Positions 37,631 to 47,825 of a DNA stretch of 64,000 nucleotides are shown piece after piece. Each line of letters starts with the position of its first letter. Position 1 is the stretch's first letter. The DNA comes from Candidatus Poribacteria bacterium (GTDB lineage: Bacteria > Poribacteria > WGA-4E > WGA-3G). The notes below the pieces were generated by a model. That model did no database searches. It worked only from the letters and a program-made list of their open reading frames with translations, and was not told the origin of the DNA. Where the stretch lies: the NCBI GenBank assembly GCA_964291315.2, contig OZ219752.1, positions 96,001-160,000 of the forward strand, written 5' to 3'. The translations under genes were made by a program, and so were the position numbers.

Positions 37631-38628
37631 TTGCCAATTGCTATTTGTTGACCGGTGTGCGCGGATTCATGCAACGCATCAATAACCCTCATATTCCCGA
37701 GTGAGTCGGCTATCAGTAAGTGCGTTGGCGTGCCACTCTCCACGGCTCGACACAGATCTAAGATTTCGGCGGCGTACGGATTTAACCCGCTCACACTAAA
37801 CGTCTCACTATCTATCATGAAGTGTGAGTCGCCCTCGGCGTTACCCCACGCGCTTTGAACAAAGAGCGTCCCATCTGTGCCAGCGACCTCATAACATTCA
37901 CGCCATGTCCAACCGAAACTACAATCCAACTGTCCAGTAACTCCATTGCCAAAATCCAACGTCCCAATGAGTGTTTCCCAAACATTATTAATCGGTTCAA
38001 ACTTGCCGGTTGCCCAGACCGATGCGGGCTCTCTACCTACGAGGTAACGGATGATGTTGATGCAATAACAGCCTAAATCCATAACGGCACCGCCACCGAG
38101 ACCACCTCTCAACCGCCAATTCCGGCGATCTGTGAGTTCTGTCGAAAAACTGGATCGTACATAACGGATCTCCCCGATTGCTCCGTCCTCAATCCTCCGC
38201 TTCACAGCGAGCGTCAATGGATGATAGCGATACATGAATCCTTCCATCAATAGAACGTTAGCACGTTCGGTAACCTGGATCATCTGTTCCAACTCTGTGG
38301 CGTTAATAGCAATGGGTTTTTCAACGAGGATCCCTTTGACACCACCCCGGACCGCCTCCAGTACATTTTTCAGATGGCTTGAGGGCCACGTCGCAATTAC
38401 TAAGATATCGGGGTGCTGCTTTTCCAACATCTGCCGAAGGTCGTTGTAAGTATTTTGGACATTGTATTCAGTAGCGAATTGGACAAGCGGTTCAAACTTT
38501 TCATCACATGCCCCTACAATTTCAATTTCTGGCACGTTTCGCCAAGCCTTGCCGTGGGCGTGAGATATACCACCACAACCAACGATCGCGATACGATATT
38601 TTGATGAAACACTGGTAAATTGGGACAT
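37627..38628 (-). CDS. Gfo/Idh/MocA family oxidoreductase
   Basis: IVGCGGI, VEKP, GGGAVMDLGCY. Confidence 0.93.
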   Translation of the reverse strand: MSQFTSVSSKYRIAIVGCGGISHAHGKAWRNVPEIEIVGACDEKFEPLVQFATEYNVQNTYNDLRQMLEKQHPDILVIATWPSSHLKNVLEAVRGGVKGILVEKPIAINATELEQMIQVTERANVLLMEGFMYRYHPLTLAVKRRIEDGAIGEIRYVRSSFSTELTDRRNWRLRGGLGGGAVMDLGCYCINIIRYLVGREPASVWATGKFEPINNVWETLIGTLDFGNGVTGQLDCSFGWTWRECYEVAGTDGTLFVQSAWGNAEGDSHFMIDSETFSVSGLNPYAAEILDLCRAVESGTPTHLLIADSLGNMRVIDALHESAHTGQQIAIGK

Positions 38629-38662
38629 AGACGCTTCTTTTCGCTGTAATTGAAATGCATCG

Positions 38663-39637
38663 TTACAGCATCGACGAAATCTCTACTGGTCTGTTCTCCT
38701 GGGCAGATCGGTTCGCTGCGATCGATATTGCAAGCGTTTTGACTGCATCGCTATAAGGACTCAAGATTGCAGAAGTATCCGTCCTTCGCACCGCTTCGAC
38801 AAAAACGTCATCAATTGTTAGACTCGGTTGTGTTTTATCCGCCCATGTGCCATCTTCCTGAACTGAGACTCTTGCTGGATTCCAATTCAGCAGTTCTCCC
38901 TCATACAGCAAATCAAGGACATTGGCGTTCGACCAGTCACCTCTATAAGCCCAAGTCGCAGTCAACGAACCGACAACACCATTCGCAAACTGGAACGTAA
39001 CACTGTTAGTATCCGGGCAATCTGTCTCTTTGAGAACCCGATTGGCTTGCACAGCGTAGACAGTCTCTACCTCGCCACATAGATAGCGCATCATATCAAT
39101 AGTGTGTGTTGCTTGTTCGACCAGTTGCCCTCCGGATTTGTTCATCCGTCGGAGCCACGCGCTCGGGTCTCCATATCCGGTGCCGCACCAATACTTACCA
39201 ACAACCATATTGAGGGTTTTTCCCTGCAGGATCTGTTGTGCTATTTGCGTGGAACCGAGGTAACGGAGTTGATAACCGACACAGGTTATCAATCCAGCTC
39301 TCTTCACCTCGGCTTCAATCTGGTGAGCAGTGTCCATAGTAATGGCAACAGGCTTCTCAACGAAAAAGGGCAAACCGCGTGCAATAACGTCGAGTTCCGG
39401 TTGTCCATGAACAAAAACAGGCAGGCTGATATAAACTGCATCCAAGTCATCGCGTTCAAGGAGATATTGGTGTGCAGTATAGGCATCGGCGTCATGTCTT
39501 TCAGCTGAACTTTGTGCACGTTCGGCTTGAACATCGCACACAGCCACAACGCGTGCCCCCTCAATTTCGGCTAACCGATTCATGTGCCCGTTGGCATTAC
39601 CGCCGCAACCGATAAATCCGATTTTGATTTCTTTCAT
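38663..39637 (-). CDS. Gfo/Idh/MocA family oxidoreductase
   Basis: FIGCGGNA, VEKP, SGGQLVEQATH; start trimmed to ATG 39637. Confidence 0.93.
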   Translation of the reverse strand: MKEIKIGFIGCGGNANGHMNRLAEIEGARVVAVCDVQAERAQSSAERHDADAYTAHQYLLERDDLDAVYISLPVFVHGQPELDVIARGLPFFVEKPVAITMDTAHQIEAEVKRAGLITCVGYQLRYLGSTQIAQQILQGKTLNMVVGKYWCGTGYGDPSAWLRRMNKSGGQLVEQATHTIDMMRYLCGEVETVYAVQANRVLKETDCPDTNSVTFQFANGVVGSLTATWAYRGDWSNANVLDLLYEGELLNWNPARVSVQEDGTWADKTQPSLTIDDVFVEAVRRTDTSAILSPYSDAVKTLAISIAANRSAQENRPVEISSML

Positions 39638-39898
39638 TTTCACCTCTACAAGCGGTCTAAAGTTAGTACATTCTCGACATTGACTAATAGGACGTGAAAT
39701 TAACTTGTAAAGCTCTACTATTTCTATTCTGAAAACCCAAAATTTCACTTCTTATCGCTAAAAAACACCCGCCAGCGGATGCGTATAAAAGTAGACGTAG
39801 CAACAAACAAATTGCTTGCTTTCAAGTTTCAGAAAGCAATAAGCCGACTATTTTTTTTTACAAAATTCCGCATGTATTTCTGATTTTGTACTATTTTA

Positions 39899-39929
39899 AC
39901 TTGATTTTAAATGCAAAATCAAGTATTAT
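39899..39929. promoter_or_regulatory. palindromic promoter/operator upstream of the ccm cluster
   Basis: ACTTGATTTT-N6-AAAATCAAGT perfect inverted repeat; plus strand reads TTGATT-N17-TATTAT. Confidence 0.55.
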
Positions 39930-39993
39930 TTTAAAAATATAAGATTTTGTTTTGTCGGCGTGGTTAAAAATTATGCTCCCCTAACTTGCATTA

Positions 39994-40455
39994 ATGGAGG
40001 ATGTTCAGGTGCAAAAACAGAAAAGACTCAAAATCATCATTGCGGGTGTCATCTTGTTGAGCGCGATGGCGTTTCTGGTAGTAGATGGAATTAAAAGTAC
40101 CGGTGTCCGGCACTTCACGCCGGCTTCACTTGTGGAGGATAAGGTCAAGATGGACAATCAACGCGTCCAAGTTGATGGTCTCATTTCAGATGGTAGTTCC
40201 AAATGGGATGCCGTTAATTTTAAGCTCACTTTTGCTGTCCGCGACCGAGACAGCATAGCAACCGTCAATGTGATCTATAAGGATAGACTCAAACCGGATA
40301 ACTTTATTGATGGTGGCAGCGTTTTCGTCGAAGGTAGATACGATGCAACGCAAAACCTCATAGTCGCTTCTAAACTTATGACGAAATGCGCCTCAAAATA
40401 TGAAGGTGCTGAGAGTGCTACATCTACAAGCGAAACTTCTTACATTTCCGAGTAG
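39994..40455 (+). CDS. ccmE: cytochrome c maturation heme chaperone, Cys-type
   Basis: N-terminal TM, OB-fold motifs PDNF..G..V.VEG, heme motif KCASKY (CxxxY). Confidence 0.88.
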   Translation: MEDVQVQKQKRLKIIIAGVILLSAMAFLVVDGIKSTGVRHFTPASLVEDKVKMDNQRVQVDGLISDGSSKWDAVNFKLTFAVRDRDSIATVNVIYKDRLKPDNFIDGGSVFVEGRYDATQNLIVASKLMTKCASKYEGAESATSTSETSYISE

Positions 40456-40521
40456 TAAACACACCTTACTTTAAAAAAACAACATGTTTAACAACACTGT
40501 TTTCAGGAGGCAAAGACGCGC

Positions 40522-42540
40522 ATGACTGCGGAAATTGGGCAGGCCGCCATATATCTTTCTGTGCTCTCTGGTTTGTGGGCAATCGGCTTGCTGAGCATCG
40601 GGCTGCGCACGCGAAACCCAAACGCTGTGCAAAGCGGTAGAAACGCCGTGGTTGCCACCTTCACCCTTATCAGTATTGCAACCAGTGCTTTAATCTACGG
40701 CTTTGTAACTGATGATTTCTCAATGCGCTACGTTGTTGAAGTCTCCAGTGCAGCACAGCCTGTTCTTTATAAAGTCACAGCGCTCTGGGGCCGAATGTCC
40801 GGCTCGCTCCTTTTCTGGCTCTGGCTGCTTACCGTTGCTGGCGCGATTGTCGTCTGGCAAAACCGACGGTACAATAAAGAAACAGGAGATACTCTTGCAG
40901 ACCATGCTCTGATTCCTATCGCTATTGTCCAACTTTTTTTCATTATTCTTATCACCGGTTTAATAGAAGGTGTTTACAACCCTCTTGCCCGATTCCCGAA
41001 TGGGCAGATGGCACCAGATGGTGCTGGCATGAACCCGCTACTCCAGACTCCAAGTATGGCGTTCCATCCGCCAACGTTATATATCGGCTGGATTAGCCTG
41101 ACGGTGCCGTTCGCTTTTGCCGTGGGGGCCCTTACCTCCGGTAGGGTTGGCAGCGACTGGATACTCCGATCGCGCAGATGGACGCTCTTCTCTTGGATTG
41201 TCTTGACAATCGGTATCACGCTTGGAGGTAATTGGGCGTATCGTGAACTCGGTTGGGGCGGGTACTGGGCATGGGATCCCGTCGAAAATGCATCTTTCAT
41301 GCCGTGGCTCCTCGGCACTGCTTATCTGCATTCCGTGATGATTCAAGAAAAGCGGAGTATGCTCAAATTGTGGAATATCCTTCTGATTACGCTAGCCTTC
41401 CAATTTACATTGCTTGGAACTTTTATTACCCGAAGTGGAATTATCTCATCCGTGCATGCCTTTGCACAATCTGACATCGGTGGTTATTTCCTCGGTTTCA
41501 TCTTTGCTTCAAGTGCCGGAGTTATCGGTCTTATTATTTATCGTTGGAAGCGGCTCAAAAGCGCGAACCGCCTCGAGTCATTGCTCTCCCGCGAAAGTGC
41601 CTTTGTACTGAATAATTGGCTCTTCGTCGGGTTAACGCTAATTATTCTCTGGGGTACATTGTGGCCAATTATTTCCGAGGCGATCAATGGTCAAAAGGCC
41701 TCTGTCCCTGAAGCTTTTTTCAACAAAGTCGTTATTATCCCAGGGTTGCTGCTCCTCTTCTTAACGGGGGCGGGGCCGATTATCTCATGGAAAAAAATTA
41801 CTGTTAATAATTTTCGCCGTATGTTTTTTTGGCCCCTTATCGCCGGTTTAATCGGTGGTGCGTTGACGTTAGGATTTCTAGCATTGAGAGGTAATGCATC
41901 TTCTATCTACTCGGTGCTCTGCGTTTCTGTGAGCGTTTTCGTAATTGCCGCTATCTGCTCCGAATTTTATCGCGGGGCAAGGCTCCGTGCAAAACGACAA
42001 GAGACCTCCTTTCTCAACGGTTTGAGCCTCCTCATCCAACGCAACAAGCGGCGATATGGCGGTTATATCATTCATATCGGTATCGTGATTCTCTACATAG
42101 GTATTATGGGGTCGAAAGGCTATTTCCTACTTGAATCCGATAGTTTAGCACTCGGCGAATCGATGAAGGTAGGCGCGTTTGAACTTACAATGAAAAATTC
42201 TTTTGAGAAAGAATACGCAAACTACCGCAGAGCCGGTGTCACTTTTGATGTTACAAAGAACGGGAAATCGATGGGGACAATGGAACCGGCACGCCACTTC
42301 TATTACAAAGCCGGGCAAGGGGAACAAGATACGATCGAGTCTGCGATCCAACACTTCGGCGTAAACGATCTCTATATCGCTCTTGGTGAACTGCCCCAAG
42401 ATATTAAAGGCGGAGATATTGTGAACGTTCAAGTGTATCACAACCCATTAATTGGGATTGTCTGGATTGGAGTCGCTGTCATGGTAATCGGTGGAATTAT
42501 TGCTATAGCTGAAAAATCGCAACGCAGTCAAGCGGTTTGA
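40522..42540 (+). CDS. ccmF: heme lyase CcmF/NrfE family
   Basis: HPPTLY, WAYRELGWGGYWAWDPVENAS, SVHAF. Confidence 0.97.
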   Translation: MTAEIGQAAIYLSVLSGLWAIGLLSIGLRTRNPNAVQSGRNAVVATFTLISIATSALIYGFVTDDFSMRYVVEVSSAAQPVLYKVTALWGRMSGSLLFWLWLLTVAGAIVVWQNRRYNKETGDTLADHALIPIAIVQLFFIILITGLIEGVYNPLARFPNGQMAPDGAGMNPLLQTPSMAFHPPTLYIGWISLTVPFAFAVGALTSGRVGSDWILRSRRWTLFSWIVLTIGITLGGNWAYRELGWGGYWAWDPVENASFMPWLLGTAYLHSVMIQEKRSMLKLWNILLITLAFQFTLLGTFITRSGIISSVHAFAQSDIGGYFLGFIFASSAGVIGLIIYRWKRLKSANRLESLLSRESAFVLNNWLFVGLTLIILWGTLWPIISEAINGQKASVPEAFFNKVVIIPGLLLLFLTGAGPIISWKKITVNNFRRMFFWPLIAGLIGGALTLGFLALRGNASSIYSVLCVSVSVFVIAAICSEFYRGARLRAKRQETSFLNGLSLLIQRNKRRYGGYIIHIGIVILYIGIMGSKGYFLLESDSLALGESMKVGAFELTMKNSFEKEYANYRRAGVTFDVTKNGKSMGTMEPARHFYYKAGQGEQDTIESAIQHFGVNDLYIALGELPQDIKGGDIVNVQVYHNPLIGIVWIGVAVMVIGGIIAIAEKSQRSQAV

Positions 42541-43110
42541 TTGGATAAGCTTATGAAAGTCGGCAAATTTGAACAGATTTCGACATTCAATATTACTCTA
42601 ATTCCGAAGTTTCTGTTGCTTGCCGGGCTTCTCGTTTTTTGTTCGCTCGTTCCTGCGGAACCACAAAGCGCAGGTGATGCACAAGAGGAATCGTTGTCGG
42701 ATTTTGAATCCAAGTTAAATGAGCTGCTCACTACAGTCTACTGTTACTGCGGCTGTGAACGTGAGACAATTGAAGTCTGTGTATGTGGCACCGCAGTACA
42801 TATCGAAAACGATTTCCGCAATCGATTATTGGCTGGACAGAAAGTTGAGCAGATTCGAACCAATTATCTTGAAACATATGGTCCGCAATTCTACGCAGTT
42901 ATGCCCGCGAAAGGTATCAATCTGATCGCCTACATTACACCTGCCATCATTCTTGTCCTCCTTGGTGGTGTGGCTCTTGCTGTGCTCAGAAAGTCAAGGC
43001 GGCAGGTAGCTCTAACAACTGATAGAGAAGGCGCATCAGGGCAACCAATTTCTAATACGACCCTGAAACAGGTTGAAGCGGAATTGAAAAAATACAAAGA
43101 CGAAAAATAA
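42541..43110 (+). CDS. CcmH-like cytochrome c biogenesis protein, Cys-rich variant
   Basis: Signal peptide, CYCGC..CVC..H, I...YLETYG....P, C-terminal TM; directly after ccmF. Confidence 0.75.
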   Translation: MDKLMKVGKFEQISTFNITLIPKFLLLAGLLVFCSLVPAEPQSAGDAQEESLSDFESKLNELLTTVYCYCGCERETIEVCVCGTAVHIENDFRNRLLAGQKVEQIRTNYLETYGPQFYAVMPAKGINLIAYITPAIILVLLGGVALAVLRKSRRQVALTTDREGASGQPISNTTLKQVEAELKKYKDEK

Positions 43111-43156
43111 ACGAGACACTCGTTTGCACGAATAGCATACTTTGAAAAGGGTTTTT

Positions 43157-43501
43157 ATGTCTTCACTCGTTCTTTTATGGATGTTAATTCTCGGAATTGC
43201 ACTCCTGGTTTATCTCGGACTCCCAATCTTCTCAAAGACAGGTTCACACGCCGCTGCAATGTCTGAAAACGCCATAGAAGAGCGACGGCAAATTCTCCTA
43301 CAAGAACGTGAACGCAGCTACGCCGCCCTTGCAGAACTCGACGAAGACTACGAAACGAGAAAACTCTCCGAAGCCGACTACCAAGAATTACGGGAGACAC
43401 TTTTGCAAGAGACAGCACGTGTCATTATGCAACTTGAAGAGGAATCGTTCTCGGATATAGAAGCAGAAATTGAGAGATTTAAACAACAACGCGGAACATA
43501 A
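43157..43501 (+). CDS. CcmI N-terminal-like small membrane protein
   Basis: TM ending in LP, then LAELDEDYETRKLSEADYQELR coiled coil. Confidence 0.7.
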   Translation: MSSLVLLWMLILGIALLVYLGLPIFSKTGSHAAAMSENAIEERRQILLQERERSYAALAELDEDYETRKLSEADYQELRETLLQETARVIMQLEEESFSDIEAEIERFKQQRGT

Positions 43502-43502
43502 T

Positions 43503-44804
43503 ATGCACATTCGCCTATCTTTATACAATAATTTACGGGGCCGATATCTCACTGCGACTCGCATCGAGAGGCTATTAGTAATTGCCCTAATTATTTTCGG
43601 GGTTTCTGCCTCTCATGCGCAAACAGGAGAACAAGGGACCATTCAAGGGACAGTTATTGACAAAAAACGTGAGAAACCGATCGTCGAACATCAGATGACC
43701 CTCACGATCCATAAAGCTGACAGCTTTGAGACACAGGAGACGTTGACAGATGAAAACGGGAATTATCGTTTCAGAGATTTGCCGATCGATCCGACGCTCC
43801 ATTACACCGTTTCTATCCTCTATGAAGATACCGACTACACCGAGAAAGACCTTGTTTTGTCAACTTGGTCTCCAAATATAACCCTCGATTTCAACATTGG
43901 TGCATTTACGAACGATACATCGCAAATTCAGGTTAAAAGGCATACCTTTATTATTCGACCACCACCCGCCGACCACGCCCCAGACGGTGCTGTCACAGTT
44001 ATTGAGGCAATCGAAGTTGAAAACCGTGATAGCCTGCCTTTTCAAATACAGCACGGAGGGCAAACAGTCGGGTTGCATTTAGCACTACCAAAACAGATCG
44101 AAGGTTTTCAACCACATTCTCCAACAGCGCTTACGATAAACCAGGCCACCAATGAAGCGATCCTCACAACGCCTCTACCGCCCGGGGAATCACAATTAGG
44201 TTATACTTATATCTTTCATGTCGAAAGAAATAAATTGGATCTATCCCGTGGCTTGAATTTTGACACTGCAGAGTTCTTATTTTTTATTCAAGAGGGTATC
44301 AGCCTTGTCCCAAACACAGGGTTTTTCGGTCCCCCTAAACGTGAACAGATCCATAATAGTGTTTATCTCATTTATCAGAGCACAGCAAGCGGAGTTTCCG
44401 CTGCAGGGACAGCGGTTGACTTAGCATTTAAAGTAAACACGGGTGCTGCCCGTGGTGCCATCTCCGGACAAACATCCAACCTCGGACAGTTGATTCTTAT
44501 TGTTGTCGCTGCAGCATTAACGGGCGGCTTCTTTGTCGCTGCGCTATTCAAAATCCGAACTGTCAACAACACGGAGCCGAATACTGACGATGCCGCAGTA
44601 CTGCCAGATGAAGGCTGGATTCGTAAGCTAAACCCTGAGGATCGCGAGCACGTCCGCATCGCCAGACTCGAATTCATTACGCATCTTGATGATAAATACG
44701 AGGGGCAGGAAATCTCGGAGCGCGTCTACAAACGCCTCCGTCGAGAACAGACAGAACGCCTCACTACGCTCTTAGAACAGCAAAAAAGGGGAAACAATGC
44801 ATAG
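43503..44804 (+). CDS. exported carboxypeptidase-regulatory-like domain protein with C-terminal TM and CcmI-like tail
   Basis: Signal peptide, GTIQGTVID..TDENGNYRF, TM, LDDKYEGQEISERVYKRLR. Confidence 0.75.
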   Translation: MHIRLSLYNNLRGRYLTATRIERLLVIALIIFGVSASHAQTGEQGTIQGTVIDKKREKPIVEHQMTLTIHKADSFETQETLTDENGNYRFRDLPIDPTLHYTVSILYEDTDYTEKDLVLSTWSPNITLDFNIGAFTNDTSQIQVKRHTFIIRPPPADHAPDGAVTVIEAIEVENRDSLPFQIQHGGQTVGLHLALPKQIEGFQPHSPTALTINQATNEAILTTPLPPGESQLGYTYIFHVERNKLDLSRGLNFDTAEFLFFIQEGISLVPNTGFFGPPKREQIHNSVYLIYQSTASGVSAAGTAVDLAFKVNTGAARGAISGQTSNLGQLILIVVAAALTGGFFVAALFKIRTVNNTEPNTDDAAVLPDEGWIRKLNPEDREHVRIARLEFITHLDDKYEGQEISERVYKRLRREQTERLTTLLEQQKRGNNA

Positions 44805-45192
44805 CAAACACCACATCGCTGATTTGATAGTCATGTTAGGTCATATGGACGAAAAAGTTCGGGATGCCGCGAAAGCGGAATTAATTGCCACAGGCAGCCC
44901 CGCTGTTCCGCAGCTAATTGATGTTCTTACCCAAGAATGTTGGTATGTTTCTGGGTATGGTGCCGAGTTCTATACACATATCGAAGGATCTGCCATTCCG
45001 GTTTACATGGAACAGATGGCGAATCAAGCTTCGGAAATACTTGCAGAAATCGGAGAGGCAACTGTCCCGGAGCTGACAGCGGAGTTCACCCGAGCCGAAC
45101 GCGAGTTTTCTGAGTGGTTTTATAAGTATTTGAGACCCGAACAGTCTGACCGTCTTATCACAATGTTGACATACGTTAAAAAAGGAGAATAA
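44797..45192 (+). CDS. short HEAT-repeat protein
   Basis: VRDAAKAELIATGSPAVPQLIDVL; paralogous to the N-terminus of the next gene. Confidence 0.7.
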   Translation: MHSKHHIADLIVMLGHMDEKVRDAAKAELIATGSPAVPQLIDVLTQECWYVSGYGAEFYTHIEGSAIPVYMEQMANQASEILAEIGEATVPELTAEFTRAEREFSEWFYKYLRPEQSDRLITMLTYVKKGE

Positions 45193-45197
45193 GCGCG

Positions 45198-45800
45198 ATG
45201 GACAACGATCCTACCATAACTGACTTAATCGACGATTTGTCAGATACGAATGACGATGTCCGAGTGGATGCAAAAAAAGGATTAATCGCTATCGGTGAAC
45301 CGGCTATACCCGCACTAATCGAAACACTCGCTGAAAACCTATGGGACATTTCTGATCAAGCTTCCGATATCTTAGCAGAAATTGGGGCCCCCGCAGTGCC
45401 TGCACTCATGACGGAATTGGCGATCGTCGAACGATACCACGCGCTATGCATTAGCGACACGTTAAGCCGCATCGGTACACCTGCTATTCCTGCCTTGAGC
45501 GAAGCTTTGCAAGACTTAGATGAGCAACTCCGTGAATACGCTGTCCGGGCATTCAGTGGTATGGGAGCAGCTGCAGCTGACGCTGTACCGGTCCTCATTC
45601 AAGCTTTGGCGGATCCTGAGGAAGAGGTCCGAACCTATACTGCTTATGCACTTGCGAATCTTGAGAGCACCGCCAAGGATGCTGTCCCCGCGCTAATTGA
45701 GGCATTAGAAGATGATTCCGAACGTGTCCAACACCATGCAGCGTTCGCATTGGAAAAAATCGGTACGCCGGAAGCGAAGAAAGCACTTATAGAATTGTAA
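45198..45800 (+). CDS. HEAT/PBS-lyase repeat protein
   Basis: Repeated AVPALIxALxD..VR..AAxAL. Confidence 0.9.
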   Translation: MDNDPTITDLIDDLSDTNDDVRVDAKKGLIAIGEPAIPALIETLAENLWDISDQASDILAEIGAPAVPALMTELAIVERYHALCISDTLSRIGTPAIPALSEALQDLDEQLREYAVRAFSGMGAAAADAVPVLIQALADPEEEVRTYTAYALANLESTAKDAVPALIEALEDDSERVQHHAAFALEKIGTPEAKKALIEL

Positions 45801-45815
45801 GCGAATTTAAAAAAT

Positions 45816-45845
45816 TTGAAAAATTAGGCACAAATGTGGTATAAT
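45816..45845 (+). promoter_or_regulatory. sigma70-type promoter of the oxidoreductase pair
   Basis: TTGAAA-N18-TATAAT with extended -10 TG, in an AT-rich gap. Confidence 0.55.
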
Positions 45846-46034
45846 TAAAAAACAGATGCTTTTTAAGTGTATCAATAAGAATAAATATGTAAATATTGCA
45901 ACGTAATTAATAAAGAATCAATCTGTTTGTTTATCCATCTGGTGTTGTCTGATGTCATGGAATTGAGTTGTAACGTATTTTCGGTAGATTGTACGACACC
46001 AGAGTGGAATACGGAAAAACAGAAGGGAGCCAAG

Positions 46035-47816
46035 ATGGCAAAGTACGATTTTGTAATCGCTGTAGGAGGGGCGCCCGGTCAAGGGATTGACACCGTTGGT
46101 AAGAGTATGAGCCAAATCTGTGCTCGGCACGGTCTCCACGTCTTTACTTATAGTGCTTACCAATCTCTCATTCGAGGCGGTCATACCTTCCTTACCGTCA
46201 GAATTAGTTCCGAACCTGTCTCCAACCACGGCGATAAGATAGACCTGATTATTGCACTCGACCGGAACAGTTTAGAAATACACCTTCCCCATGTCGCCCC
46301 CGGCGGTTCTATTATCTATAACAGTGATGATATTAAGGCTGTACCAGAACGAGACGACATCCAACTCTGTCCTATTTCTTATAAGGAGCTGTCCAACGGT
46401 ACCGATAGAAGGAAGTTAATGCTAAACATCTGTATGTTCGGTGTCGCTTTAAGAATGGTCGGGGGAGATTTAACAATACTTGAGGATATTATCAAGCTTA
46501 AGTTCCTCAAACGCAAAGGACAAGCATTAACAGATGCTAATATCGCAGTCGCAAAAGCAGGCTACGCTTATGCGGCGGAACACTTCACTGCCTTTGAAGC
46601 ACAGTTTATAAAACAGAAACCGCTTGCTTTCGTTGAAGGAAATGAAGCGATGGCTATGGGCGGAGCAGCAGCAGGTGTCAAATTTTACGCTGCCTACCCG
46701 ATGAGTCCGTCAACCGGTGTTCTCCACTGGATGGCTCAGAACGCGCGCAATCTAAACATCATGGTCCGCCAGTGTGAAGACGAAATTAGCGTTGCCAATA
46801 TGATCATTGGAGCTGCACACGCCGGTGCCCGCGCAATGTGCGCAACATCAGGAGGTGGCTTTGCCCTTATGTCGGAAGCCATCGGCAGTGCAGGTATGAT
46901 GGAAATTCCGATTGTCATTATTAATGTTCAGCGCGGTGGTCCCTCGACAGGTCTCCCAACCAAAACCGAACAAGGCGATCTATGGCAAATCCTCGGTGCT
47001 AGCCAAGGCGACTTTCCGAAAATTGTTGCCGCACCCACGAGCATTATGGACGGCTTCGATACGATCCCAGAAATATTCAACCTCGCGGATAAATTCCAAT
47101 GTCCTGCCATGGTCCTCTCAGATCTCACGCTCTCTATGGGCGTTACAACTTTTGACCCTGAATCCATCAATTGGCAGCCGGAAATCGACCGTGGGGCACT
47201 TATCAGTCGTCCAGTGCAGCCTGAAGGTGAATACCTCCGTTATCAAATTACCGACAGTGGCATCTCGCCGAGAGCGATCCCCGGCACTCAAGGACATGTT
47301 CATGTTGTCGCCACAGATGACCACGATGAAGACGGCACTCTGATTAGTGATGAGTTCACAAACCCGCATAAACGGCGCGATATCATGGAAAAACGCCAGC
47401 GGAAGATGAACGGTATCGTTAAACTTCTCCCACCACCCACGCTTGAAGGACCTGAAGATGCGCGAATTACTCTCATTGGGTGGGGATCCACACACAGCGT
47501 GATTGGGGAAGCTGCGGAATTACTCACGGAAGCTGGTATTCCAACCAACCATATCCACTTCAAATGGCTCTATCCGATGGACGAAGAAGCAATCAATCAA
47601 ATACTCGCAAAATCAGGGCACTCTATCGTGGTTGAATGTAACTATACCGGTCAATTCGCACGTTTCCTACGCGGTGAAACAGGATTTACAGCCGATGGAC
47701 ACATCCGTAAATACGATGGCGAACCCTTTATGCCACACCATATTGTTGATGGAGCCCGTGAGATTTTAACAGGTAAGACAGACCTTTATATTCCCTACCA
47801 AGAAATTGTAGTCTAA
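46035..47816 (+). CDS. korA: 2-oxoacid:ferredoxin oxidoreductase alpha subunit (gamma-alpha fusion)
   Basis: GGAPGQG, IRGGH, YPMSPS, EDEI, ATSGGG, QRGGPSTGLPT; start trimmed to ATG 46035; substrate not determinable. Confidence 0.92.
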   Translation: MAKYDFVIAVGGAPGQGIDTVGKSMSQICARHGLHVFTYSAYQSLIRGGHTFLTVRISSEPVSNHGDKIDLIIALDRNSLEIHLPHVAPGGSIIYNSDDIKAVPERDDIQLCPISYKELSNGTDRRKLMLNICMFGVALRMVGGDLTILEDIIKLKFLKRKGQALTDANIAVAKAGYAYAAEHFTAFEAQFIKQKPLAFVEGNEAMAMGGAAAGVKFYAAYPMSPSTGVLHWMAQNARNLNIMVRQCEDEISVANMIIGAAHAGARAMCATSGGGFALMSEAIGSAGMMEIPIVIINVQRGGPSTGLPTKTEQGDLWQILGASQGDFPKIVAAPTSIMDGFDTIPEIFNLADKFQCPAMVLSDLTLSMGVTTFDPESINWQPEIDRGALISRPVQPEGEYLRYQITDSGISPRAIPGTQGHVHVVATDDHDEDGTLISDEFTNPHKRRDIMEKRQRKMNGIVKLLPPPTLEGPEDARITLIGWGSTHSVIGEAAELLTEAGIPTNHIHFKWLYPMDEEAINQILAKSGHSIVVECNYTGQFARFLRGETGFTADGHIRKYDGEPFMPHHIVDGAREILTGKTDLYIPYQEIVV

Positions 47817-47825
47817 TAAAGGAGG

